DNA from: Octopus vulgaris
Taxonomy: Eukaryota
NCBI GenBank assembly: GCA_951406725.2
Contig: OX597825.1
Coordinates: forward strand, 23,622,001-23,686,000
DNA: 64,000 nt
Direction: 5' to 3'
Shown: in pieces, positions 1 to 11,745 of the stretch
Numbering within the stretch: position 1 is the stretch's first letter
Layout: each line of letters opens with the position of its first letter
Position numbers and translations under genes: made by a program
The notes under the pieces: model-generated
Databases searched by the model: none
Told to the model about the DNA's origin: nothing
Seen by the model: the letters and a program-made list of their open reading frames with translations, nothing else

Positions 1-21
1 GATGTTGATGGGACAAACACA

Positions 22-75
<54 letters not shown>

Positions 76-240
76 CACGACGGGCTTCTTTCACTTTCCG
101 TCTACCAAATCCACTCCCAAGGCTTTTGTTGAGAAGACATGCAGTGGGACTGAACCCGGGACCATGTGGTTCGTAAGCAAGCTACTTTACACACACCCAC
201 TCCTACGCCTATACTTACCACACAGCCACTCCTACGCCTA
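1..240 (-). mobile_element. tRNA-derived SINE family A, partial, with duplicated head
   Basis: Reverse complement of the family A head and body seen at 2415-2824; head segment ccactcctacgccta occurs twice within 181-240. Confidence 0.8.
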
Positions 241-711
241 TGTGTATAATAATATATATAAACTATTATGTGTATATGTAAAGAGAGAGGCAGACAAAGA
301 CAGAGAAAAAGAAGGAAAAAGAACTATACTCACAGTTCTCTGTCACATCCCCAATATACTCATTGTTACTTTGATCTCTCTTTCTCCTTCCTATCCTCCA
401 CACACATGCGCAATATTCTTTCAAGTCTAGCGGACTAGCGGACTTAGTCCCCATTTCTTTTATCACCTAAGACTCTTTAAAATTCTTCATGCATCGTCTA
501 TTATACAATTATCATCGTACTAATATAATAAATATAATAATTCCTTATTAGTATCAAAATCCATATGCTATTCTGCTTTCCTATAAGCCTCGACGAACTT
601 AACTTTATAATTATTTTTAATTACTCTCAAAGATATTTGAAGAATAATGTTTGCAGCCCGCTCATGCAGATTACATTACAGCTACATTTGAGTGTTCATC
701 ATAGGTCCTCC

Positions 712-865
712 TAGCGCAAGAGTGGCTGTGTGGTAAGAAACTTACTTCCCAACCACATGCTTTTGGATGCGATTCTATTGCGTGGGACTTTGGGCAAGCC
801 ACTTCTACTCTAGCCTCGAGGTGACCAAAGCCTTGAGAGTGGATTTGGCAGGCAGAAACTGTCGT
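712..865 (+). mobile_element. SINE family A, diverged 5' part
   Basis: agtggctgtgtggtaagaaactt...ttgggcaag...gtggatttgg matches the head of 2415-2824. Confidence 0.75.
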
Positions 866-932
866 ATGTATATGTATATGTATATGTATAGGTATGTATG
901 TATGTATGTATGTATGTATGTATGTATGTATG

Positions 933-959
<27 letters not shown>

Positions 960-964
<5 letters not shown>

Positions 965-1295
965 GCTCGACTCAAGAGTCATCTTCGTAGTCATAAAGCG
1001 AGACAGATGAGTGTCAATCTGGCCACTAGTGGTGGTGTAACACACCATACTAATCATATCTGCCAGGCATGTGGAAGAGAGTGTAATTCGGCAGGAGGAC
1101 TTAAACGACATGCAAAGGTACATGAAGCCCAGTCACAACTACAGCCGGCTATTAGCGGTAAATGTTTTAGCTGCCAATTCTGTACAAGACATTGTAGATC
1201 TTTAGCTGGGCTAAAAAGTCACATTCGATCACAGCACCAGTAACTGTTAAGCTTCGTGCAATGGCCATACTTGATAACGAGGGGGCCGCCAAAAT
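960..1295 (+). pseudogene. 3' end of an RTE-type LINE ORF with tandem C2H2-like zinc fingers, 5'-truncated
   Basis: Translation LKSHLRSH...CQACGRECNSAGGLKRHAKVH...CQFCTRHCRSLAGLKSHIR resembles the C-terminal CxxCGRxCxSxxGLxSHxR motif of RTE LINEs; stop at 1243, short tail, microsatellite flanks. Confidence 0.6.
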
Positions 1296-1296
1296 G

Positions 1297-1341
<45 letters not shown>

Positions 1342-1507
1342 ATGAGCAAGATTACAATTAAGGTTCAGCAAAATTTGCTTCACCACATACCGAAATTTAG
1401 AAATAGCAGTTAAAATACTATTTTACTACCATATCTCCCAGATAGCAATACTCAACGACTCATGCAGGTAAAGAGAAAAAAATAACGAATCCACCCGGCT
1501 TTGATTA

Positions 1508-1591
1508 ACTGTATATGCGTTTCGGGGTTAGAGATATGTAAAAAAATGTAAAATCATATTTCTACTCACTCATTCCCTTCATCAGTACAGT
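1508..1591 (-). ncRNA. Hammerhead-ribozyme-like motif (type I, long helix II, helix III mutated)
   Basis: Minus strand ACUGUA-CUGAUGA-AGGG...UAGAAAUAUG/CAUAUCUCUA...CCCC-GAAACGCAUA-UACAGU; helix I ACUGUA/UACAGU; GAAACGCAUA is one change from GAAACGCGUA. Confidence 0.55.
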
Positions 1592-2309
1592 ATTTCAAAT
1601 TATTGAAATTCCAATGAAGGAGCCTCGGATCTAGGTTAGAAACCGGCTCTTTATTCTATTCAAGAAATCTTGAAATAAAACTGAATAATGACATACATAC
1701 GTGCACACATACATACATACATGCATACATACATACATACATACATACATACATACATACATACATACATACATACATACATACATACATACATACATAC
1801 ATGCATACATACATATATGCAAAAATACATATACATACACATACATATAAATACACACACGCACACAAGTATAAACATAATACGAGAAAATCTTGGGCAT
1901 TGCGAATACCTCATTACATATGTTTCATAACAGATAGGAGTTACATAGATATGCATGCAGAAATACATGTAAGAAGCCGCTATTACACAATATTATTACA
2001 ATTATATGAATTGTCGGTTTGAAAAATTACTTATAGGAGAGGTGTTAGGTGTTTTCTACATGCATAACTAAGTAACTTCTAGTTTATGCATTTGGTTTGC
2101 AAGATTATTTATGTAAATTGCATCTGAAGAGAATTTAACACACCTACCGGTCTGATTTTTCGTTGCGTCTCTGCAACCTTTTCAATAGTCGTTAAATCTC
2201 TGCAAGTCGCAAGTAAAAGTTTTGTAAAAAAATAAGTAAATGAGTGGAAATCAGACCAGTGTGTTAAATTAATAAGTCACTAAAAGAGAATGACTCTCCC
2301 CAGACACAG

Positions 2310-2824
<515 letters not shown>

Positions 2825-2983
2825 TATAAATAGATGAGTGTATTTTTACCTTGTTAACAATTAACACGGAAAAATAAATAAATAGTTACCAGGGCAGCAA
2901 AAATCTCACAAGTAAAGGTATTGTAACTCCTTGTTTATAAAGGTTGAAACTTCGTGTTTACGTTGAATATTTTGAATAATATG

Positions 2984-3305
2984 AATAAAAAATGGAGTTA
3001 ACGTAGGTTAAACAAGTATTTTTACTTTCTACACATGTTTCGAAAATTCCACTGATACTATTCAAAAGAATAAATGGTATAAACAATGCAATCTTCTCTT
3101 CGGGAAAGTGAAAAAAACGAAACTCGTCAATACGACTTATTTTTATTTTTACCTTGTATTGACGAGTTTCGTTTTTTTCACTTTCCCGAAGAGAAGATTG
3201 CATTGTTTATACCATTTATTCTTTTGAATAGTATCAGTGGAATTTTCGAAACATGTGTAGAAAGTAAAAATACTTGTTTAACCTGCGTTAACTCCATTTT
3301 TTATT
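2984..3305. repeat. Near-perfect 150-bp inverted repeat (foldback) with 22-nt loop
   Basis: 2984-3133 is the reverse complement of 3156-3305 with one mismatch seen (T3004/G3285); mirrored ORFs MQSSLRESEK on both strands. Confidence 0.95.
3180..3265 (+). ncRNA. Minimal type I hammerhead motif (U4C core variant, extended helix II); mirror copy on minus strand at 3024-3109
   Basis: ACUUUC-CCGAAGA-GAAGAUU...AAUUUUC-GAAAC-AUGU-GUA-GAAAGU; helix I ACUUUC/GAAAGU; palindrome ACAUGU in helix III. Confidence 0.6.
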
Positions 3306-3311
3306 TATATA

Positions 3312-3400
<89 letters not shown>

Positions 3401-3411
3401 TATATAGAAGG

Positions 3412-3462
3412 AGCTTCTACAGGACTAGTACTGTTTCATTCAAGAGAAATCTTCAGGAAGCT
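3412..3462 (-). ncRNA. Type I hammerhead motif (mirror of 5571-5621)
   Basis: Exact reverse complement of 5571-5621. Confidence 0.65.
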
Positions 3463-4016
3463 ATTTAACAAGAATTGTATTAGCATTTATACATTTAGGC
3501 AGGTTTAAAGGAGTGGTGGTGGGGGACTTTTTGGGGGTAGGCATAGCGCAAAATATCATACTTGGGGGAGTGGTCAAGGAGTCAGTGGTAAGTTAGATGA
3601 AGGAATAGATAAATAAAAAAATAAAAAAATAATAAAATAAAAAAATAATAAAATAATAAAATAATAAAAAAAATATAAAAAATAAAAAGTAAAAAATAAA
3701 AAAATATAAAATAAAATAAAATAAGAAAATAAAAAAATAAAAAATATAAAAAATATAAAAAATATATAAAAATATATATAAAAAAAATATATATATAAAA
3801 TATATATATACATACAAAAATATATATATAAAAAAAAGGGGGATAGAGTTATAGGTAAATAAGGAGGTTCTCACTTATACCTATACACACATGTATACGT
3901 ATCTACACACACATACATACATTCACATATATATACACACACATATATACACACACACACATATATATACATACATATACATACCTACACATACACACGT
4001 ACATACATACAAATAT

Positions 4017-4061
<45 letters not shown>

Positions 4062-4973
4062 CCAATACAGGCCCATTCCCTAATTTTAATTTTATTATCT
4101 TCATTTATTACTTTTGTTATCTTTGATCGCTAGGGCTAAGAATCCTGGCAATGGCTGCAGTCCATTTGTCTGTCTACTAGAAGGCAAGTACTCATTCCCG
4201 CACGCACACTCATTAGCACGTACATTCACCCATTCGTACACTCATACACATACACGTACGCACGCGTTATATTCATACATACAAACATCTACATACGTTC
4301 ACGTATATACACATACGTACTCGTACCTACAGATTCGTGTCTACACTTTAGGAGGCTAGACTATACATATACACCAATAAATATACATACATATATACAT
4401 ATATATATATACCCGCATATACATACACACACACACATATATACTCCTACATACAGATACATACCTATATATATATACATACACATATATATACATGCAT
4501 ACACATATATATATATATACATATATATATTTATATATATACATATATATATATATACATATATATATACACATACATACACACACACACATACATATAC
4601 ACACACATACATACACATATATATACATACACAAACATATATACACACATATATATATACACATACACACATACACACATACATACGTATACATACATAC
4701 ATACATCCATACATCCATACTTACATGCATTTATACGCATACACACACCCATCTATATATATGCATATATATATATACATATATATATATACACACTCAC
4801 ACATACATATACATATCCAAATCCACGCACACACATACATACATACACGTATACGCATACACGCACATACACATATACATGCGTACCCATACACGTGCAC
4901 ACACGCGATCAAAGATAACAAAAGTAATAAATGAAGATAATAAAATTAAAATTAGGGAATGGGCCTGTATTGG

Positions 4974-5018
<45 letters not shown>

Positions 5019-5570
5019 ATATTTGTATGTATGTACGTGTGTATGTGTAGGTATGTATATGTATGTATATATATGTGTGTGTGTGTATATATGTGTGTGT
5101 ATATATATGTGAATGTATGTATGTGTGTGTAGATACGTATACATGTGTGTATAGGTATAAGTGAGAACCTCCTTATTTACCTATAACTCTATCCCCCCTT
5201 TTTTTTATATATATATTTTTGTATGTATATATATATTTTATATATATATTTTTTTTATATATATTTTTATATATTTTTTATATTTTTTATATTTTTTATT
5301 TTTTTATTTTCTTATTTTATTTTATTTTATATTTTTTTATTTTTTACTTTTTATTTTTTATATTTTTTTTATTATTTTATTATTTTATTATTTTTATTTT
5401 ATTATTTTTTTATTTTTTTATTTATCTATTCCTTCATCTAACTTACCACTGACTCCTTGACCACTCCCCCAAGTATGATATTTTGCGCTATGCCTACCCC
5501 CAAAAGTCCCCCACCACCACTCCTTTAAACCTGCCTAAATGTATAAATGCTAATACAATTCTTGTTAAAT

Positions 5571-5621
5571 AGCTTCCTGAAGATTTCTCTTGAATGAAAC
5601 AGTACTAGTCCTGTAGAAGCT
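5571..5621 (+). ncRNA. Type I hammerhead motif
   Basis: AGCUUC-CUGAAGA-UUUCUCUUGAAU-GAAA-CAG-UACUAGUC-CUGUA-GAAGCU; helix I 6 bp, helix III ACAG/CUGU with ACUAGU palindrome in the loop, GUA triplet; helix II weak (U.U at its base). Confidence 0.65.
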
Positions 5622-5704
5622 CCTTCTATATAATAAATTAATTTTACTCTGCTATGTATTGAGTACCTTACTTACTGTGGTTAACCCCGAATCAACCCGG
5701 GACC

Positions 5705-5787
<83 letters not shown>

Positions 5788-5789
5788 AT

Positions 5790-6148
5790 AATTTAGAGAA
5801 AATCTATTAAACAATTCAATAATGAAAGATGTTATTCACACCATATAGAAAACATATACTATAAAAATCTTATAAAAATCAATAAAAACAATAAATAGTA
5901 AATAGTAGTAAAAAGTTTCGTGGCTATATTTTCAAATAGATAATGATAATAAAATCAATTCAATTTAAAATTAAGTCCACCTAAAGTTAATTTTATTTAA
6001 AATATAGTCACTACCATTTACTATTTATTGTTTTTGTACTTTATCGATTTTTATAATAAGGTTTTTTTTTATTCTATATGTTTTCTATACGGTGTGAATA
6101 ACATCTTTCCTTATTGAATTGCTTAAAAGTGGTTTTTCTCTAAATTTT
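5790..6148. repeat. Diverged foldback, arms about 5790-5938 and 5994-6148
   Basis: aatttagagaaaa...aaagatgttattcacacc...aataaatagtaaat mirrored by atttactatttatt...ggtgtgaataacatcttt...ttttctctaaatt. Confidence 0.8.
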
Positions 6149-6221
6149 ATATATATATATATTATATATTGTGAAATTTGATTTAGAATTGCTAAATTGA
6201 ATTTGGAAATATATCCCCTAC

Positions 6222-6264
<43 letters not shown>

Positions 6265-6853
6265 CACACATGAGATCCAGATATTCTTTGTATTGCAGTG
6301 CTCAAAGAGCATCATTTCACAAAGTAAAGAGAAGTTATAAGAGAGATCAGTTTGATCAGGTATAGAAGCAATTATTGGGAGACGCAAATAAGACACGTGA
6401 AGTATATTAAATATATTAAGTACACCAAATCAAAATATGTATATAAGTATACATGCGAAACGAGAAAAAGCAAAAGGTGGAGACTTTCATATGATGCATG
6501 ATGAATTTATATGTATAAATATATAAATATTTATATAAAATGGGTCCAACTTATTCAGAGTACAAATGACAGGGAAATTTAAAGGGGTGGAATAAAAGTA
6601 TTATGAGTCAAACAGCTGTTTCTGGGGTCTCGTTGATCCATAATAATGTTGGTGGATTTAGTCCACAAAATGCGGCCGTATGGATGCATTTAACACAGGA
6701 TGAGGCGAACCCTCGTCATCAAGTTAGAGATCTTACATTTCAGGTCTTACTGCAGAGAAATTCAAAGATGGAATACATAAATATGTTTGTGTGTATGCGT
6801 GCGCGCGTGTGTGTGTGTGCGCGTGTTGTGTGGGTGTGTATGTGTGTTTGTGT

Positions 6854-6904
<51 letters not shown>

Positions 6905-7697
6905 TGTGTGTGTATGTGGATATTTCTGTTATATAACTACAATAGTTCCAATCTATGAAACCACTTCTTTAATTGACTGAAAATAACATGATGGCGAAGG
7001 CTGCAGGTTGATGAAGTTGGTTATGAACTTTTCAAAGACGACTTAGTTTTTGCCTTTAACATATTAGATCTTTTGTTTATTAATTTATAATGAAATATTG
7101 TTTGTGTCTAGTCTTGATGACGTGACGCTAAAGAAATTTCTCGAAAGCGTCTTTGTTTTCAACGAATCGAAAATTAGTACCGTCATCGATTTTGAAATAA
7201 TTGCAGTGCTACTCAGCAAATCTGAGAACGACCGACAGAGTTCATAATCATTACTTAGAGAGTCTCTTCAATTGATTGTTCACAATTTATTATGCAATTA
7301 CTGTGAACAGAAAGCAAAAATTATAATGAAATGAGACTAAACAGAAGTTCTGCTGTGTGTATTTAGCGAAAAAGAAATACTAGTTCCTTTGTATGTGCAT
7401 CTTAAGATTTGTATGAATTTCAATGAGAGAAACGTGGTGAATATTTTTAAAATAACATCTTAATAATATTCTATGACACTTGTATTAGCAATTCATTCAT
7501 TTGTTTATTTATTTGTTTGTTTCTTTGTTTGCTTGCTTGTTGATATATTTATTTTTTTTATTCTTGGTGTTGGAAAATAGAGAAGTATAAAGATCTGATA
7601 AGATTAGAATAGTTTCTGCAATATGGTACCCGATGTTCGTTCTCTCTCTTGCTCTTTCCCAAGATAGACATACAAACATATTGATGCACATACACAA

Positions 7698-7748
<51 letters not shown>

Positions 7749-7759
7749 TACACACACAC

Positions 7760-7792
<33 letters not shown>

Positions 7793-7834
7793 TGTATGTA
7801 TGTATGTATGTATGTATGTATGTATGTATGTATA

Positions 7835-8315
7835 CAGGGTGCGGTGAATATATTGTCTAAATTACGCAAAAATGAAAATAACACTGACATCTCATTTTAA
7901 CAGATATATTTAATAAAATTACATAAACATATCTTGAAATACTAAAGAGTAAATTTATTCAATAAGATCGCCATTGGCTTCTACGACAACCTCCAGATGA
8001 CTTCGGAATATCCTGCAGCGTTTCTGGACGGTCTCCTTGTGTAAGTTGCTGAATGCTGCTCGCCACAATCCTTGCCTTCAGTTCATCTTTGGTCCTACAA
8101 GGAGTTTTGTTGGTCTCTCGCTCAACCGCGCCCCATATATAATAATCAAAGTGGTCGCAGTCTGGGGAGTTAGGTGGCCAGATGTTAGGGGTCCTGGGCT
8201 CCCAGAAATTGTCTAACAGCCACCACTATGTTGTCCTGCTTGTGTTGAATGGTGCAGAGTCCTGTTGCCAGGCATAGGGTCTTCCAGCAGCTGTCCTCTT
8301 GACCCAGAGCAGCAT
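7835..8315 (-). mobile_element. Tc1/mariner DD37D (maT-type) transposon remnant: transposase C-terminus plus one TIR
   Basis: Minus strand WQQDSAPFNTSRTT*WWLLDNFWEPRTPNIWPPNSPDCDHFDYYIWG with 37 residues between the last two Asp; terminus TA|CAGGGTG; in-frame stop. Confidence 0.85.
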
Positions 8316-8344
8316 GCGTATTCAATCCCACTGCACACATGCTC

Positions 8345-8680
8345 TGGACAAATATGGTTTACTAGAGCTCCAGGCCGAATAATGCTTTGTAGGCGAATAT
8401 GCTTGACGGAGAGTGTGCTGTGTATATGCTTGTGTGTGTGTATGTGTGTGTATATGTGTGAGTGTTTATTCTCACACCGCTTAACAATCGATGTTATTTT
8501 GTTTATGTTCCTGTGATATCGAAGCTATTCGACTTAAAGAGAAAACTAGTACAAGTGCCAGGCTTCCAAATTTTCTAAAAAAAAGTATGTGCTGAAATCG
8601 ATTTCATCGATGAAGACCTTGAAGGCGGTGCTCCAGCAGGGTTGCACTCCAATGATTAAAAAAAGTAATAGAATAAAAGA
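8345..8680 (+). mobile_element. Old, diverged SINE family A body and tail
   Basis: aggcggtgctccagca...aatgattaaa tail and TG-rich middle align with 2415-2824. Confidence 0.6.
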
Positions 8681-9197
8681 AAAAGGGTAAATTTCAGAAA
8701 TTCCAAAACATCTTAGTCCATTCTACAAGTAGAAAGATGCCAATACGCAAACTGAGTATCCCGTGTAGGAAGTTATGATAGCAACTGAATATTTTAGCAG
8801 TTTTAGACAACTGTTTCGCTGGAGAACTTGCTTGTGAGTCATTCACTCTCTTTAAAGGAGTGTATTTCTCACTAATTTGTTTAAAAGGAAACCCATTGAA
8901 GAGAAGCCCTAATCACAGAATTCCCTATAATTTAGAAAACATGAATTAATATATATTTCATGCATTTGGATTATGTGCACAAATTTTCATTTTGTATATT
9001 TAGTTCCGTATTCATCATAAGAACGTTTTTTACGTCCTTTTCATTGTGGAATCACTCGGCTACTCACTGATAACACAGCGGTTCTTGTCCTTAGCATTGT
9101 AACGCAAATATTTCTCACTCACCCACATCACTAATATTTATATAGCCCCGAAGAATATAATACATTGCTGTAAGAATTAAGTATACTGTCAGAGTCA

Positions 9198-9718
9198 GAT
9201 CTTTTCGGTTTGAACGGCAGTTTTTAACATAATTTCTAGGTAACTAAAAAATGTTAAACTTCGTATACTGGTAGAATGTGTTTATAAAACATCTTTTTCT
9301 CTTGGCTTTATTGAGAAAATTCTATAGTTTGTAAGATATTTGTTGTGGTTTTTTTCTTCAATTTCTGCAATTTCAACCAATCAATTATGTGTGTGTGTGT
9401 GTGTGTTTGTTTCTTCTCACACCGCTTGACAATCAATGTTAGTTTGTTTATGTTCCTGTGATATCAAAGCTTGTTTGTTTGATTGCATGGAGGTTAAAAA
9501 CATTATGTGCCGTATGAATATGTCCCTCGTTTAAGAAACAGATTAGGTTTATTTACATTTGTGAAGAAAAAAAGATACCCTTCCCACCACCCTAACCCTA
9601 ACCATAACCTTAACCCTAAAACAGATAGAACTGCAATAGATTGATACTAGGGTCATAATTATGGGTGATAATTTCATATGACACCGCTAGAAAAAACTGC
9701 CGTTCAAACCGAAAGATC
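9198..9718. mobile_element. Non-autonomous TIR element (MITE-like) with internal telomere-like (CCCTAA)n
   Basis: TIRs gatcttttcggtttgaacggcagttttt / aaaaactgccgttcaaaccgaaagatc; ccctaaccctaaccataaccttaaccctaa at about 9590-9619. Confidence 0.8.
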
Positions 9719-10764
9719 CTCAGTCTCGATATGCCGTGCAAGGTTATGTCCCTTTAACCCGAAAATTTACTTGGATCCTTATCTTATCTAGGCGGCCGAT
9801 TTCTCACTCTTTCGCTTAATCTGAAACAAGAATCAATCACTTGGCAAGGGGATTACAGGGGCATCTGAAAGATACTCCTCTTTACCAAGCGACACAAAAT
9901 ATATATCAGAAGTGGGTGTCCTGTTAATAATCTATTTCTTTGTGAAACGACTATTTTCTATACTGCTTCTCTTGGCTAATAGTTATTCTATGATGTATGA
10001 ATCAAATACTTTCACAATATGTTTGTGCTGAGTGATGGATGGACAATTTAATATTGGGAGTATATAAATTTGTCTAATGACACAATCGTCTGTTTTCATC
10101 TACCTAAATCGATTGCTCTGTCTGCGCCATCAGTAGCCAATATATGACGGAATAGAAAAGTTTGCTATTGTCGATAAAAATCGCTAAAATCATGTTTTTA
10201 TTACATTCTTATGAAAAAATTCAGTGTCATAGAGACAGAAACAGCATGTAAATATCTTCAGTAAATTTGAATGGAAGCTTGAAGATATTTGTTCAAACTT
10301 TTCTAAACTGCCGAATAAATATTAGCGCCTGTTTACATGGATAAGTTCTTAAGATTCGGTTTCCAAAGAGTAGCAATGTGTGTGTGTGTGGGGGGTGTAG
10401 GGTGTGTGTGTGTGTGATTGTGTTTAAAGGGTAAAAGTGAAGTGAAATAGCCATCAATCAATAGATGAAACTGTATCAAATGCTTGCCCATTGCCATTCA
10501 ACTATTGGTCCAAAAATGACTGCATTACTTGGGAGTCCATGTTTACGTGTGTCTAGTGTTAGACATTCTAGTAGAAACCATTCTACTCAAAACTTCACCT
10601 AAATAAACATTTTAGGCTGACGAAACGAGCCCAGTTCGATTTTTTCAGAAGAGTTATTTCCATTAACAATTGCATTTGAATCGCGCATTCTTTCAATACC
10701 TCTCTTTAATATAAGGTATTTTAACCAACACTGTATGTAACAGTTAGATATCAATATATTGCAA

Positions 10765-10990
10765 GGCGGCGAGCTGGCAGACACGTTAGCACGCCGGGCG
10801 AAATGCTTAGCGGTATTTCGTCTGCCATTACGTTCTGAGTTCAAATTCCGCCGAGGTCGACTTTGATTTTCATTCTTTCGGGGTCGATAAATTAAGTACC
10901 AGTTACGCACTGGGGTCGACATAATCGACTTAATCTGTCTGTCCTTGTTCGCTTCCTCTGTGTTTAGCCCCTTGTGAGTAGTAAAGAAAT
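10765..10990 (+). mobile_element. SINE family B with about 19-bp target-site duplication
   Basis: Head ggcggcgagctggcaga, B box GAGTTCAAATTCC; flanks agatatcaatatattgcaa and agatataaatatattgccaa. Confidence 0.9.
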
Positions 10991-11304
10991 AGATATAAAT
11001 ATATTGCCAACATGTAAAATAATCTTTGTGGTTATTGTAGACCCTCTTATTTTAGTCGTTGATGAAATCCTAGCATAGGATTAGGTTCTAGTTTGATTTC
11101 CGAGTCAGAGGCTCATAAGGTCGGTTTCTGGGATTCTGTGGTGCCCCCATGCCGGGAGGGGCCGCCAATCCATCGCAGCTGTTACATACAGCGTTTGTGA
11201 AAATCAGGAGATAAACCCCGTAGTGCAGAAGAAAACATTTTCAGGCCTAGAAGGAAAGGTTTATTCTTTTACTCTTTTATTCTCTTATTTATTTCATATT
11301 TCTT

Positions 11305-11745
11305 TATTGGCCATAAGGGGCTAAACACAGAGGGGACAAACAAGGACAGACAAAGGGATTAAGTCGATTACATCGACCCCAGTGCGTAGCTGGTACCTAA
11401 TTTATCGACCCCGAACGGCAGACGAAATACCGCTAAGCATTTTGCCCGGCGTGCTAACGTTTCTGCCAGCTCGCCGCCTTATTTATTTCAGTCATTTGAC
11501 TGCAGCCATGCTGGAGCACCGCCGCTAGTCGAACAAATCGACCCCAGGACTTATTTGTTGTAAGCCTAGTACTTTTTCTATCGAACTCCTTTGCCAAATC
11601 GCTCAGTTACAGTACTTAACTGTACTTAATTTATCGACTCCGAAAGGATGAAAGGCAAAGTCGACCTCGGAGGAATTTGAACTCAAAACGTAAAGACAGA
11701 CGAAATACCGCTAAGCATGTGTGCTAAAGATTCTGCTAGCTCATT
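11305..11745 (-). mobile_element. Nested SINE fragments (B inside a family A tail, plus another B piece)
   Basis: B 11305-11480, A tail 11481-11610 (continuing a piece at about 11260-11295), B 11620-11745. Confidence 0.75.

Larger units (their letters stand above)
3395..5710 (+). mobile_element. 5'-truncated Penelope-like element 3' end with an inverted partial terminal duplication
   Basis: 3395-4130 is the reverse complement of 4905-5638; hammerhead at the outer end of each arm followed by AATAAA; the junction and spacer start read [22 protein letters not shown], resembling a GIY-YIG C-terminus. Confidence 0.65.

Noticed and set aside
6600-6735. Hammerhead-like UUGAUGA...GAAACAGCUGUU on the minus strand
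   Set aside because: Helix I cannot form and helix II is poor
7105-7155. cttgatgacg...tcgaaagcgtc hammerhead-like string
   Set aside because: No helix I or II pairing
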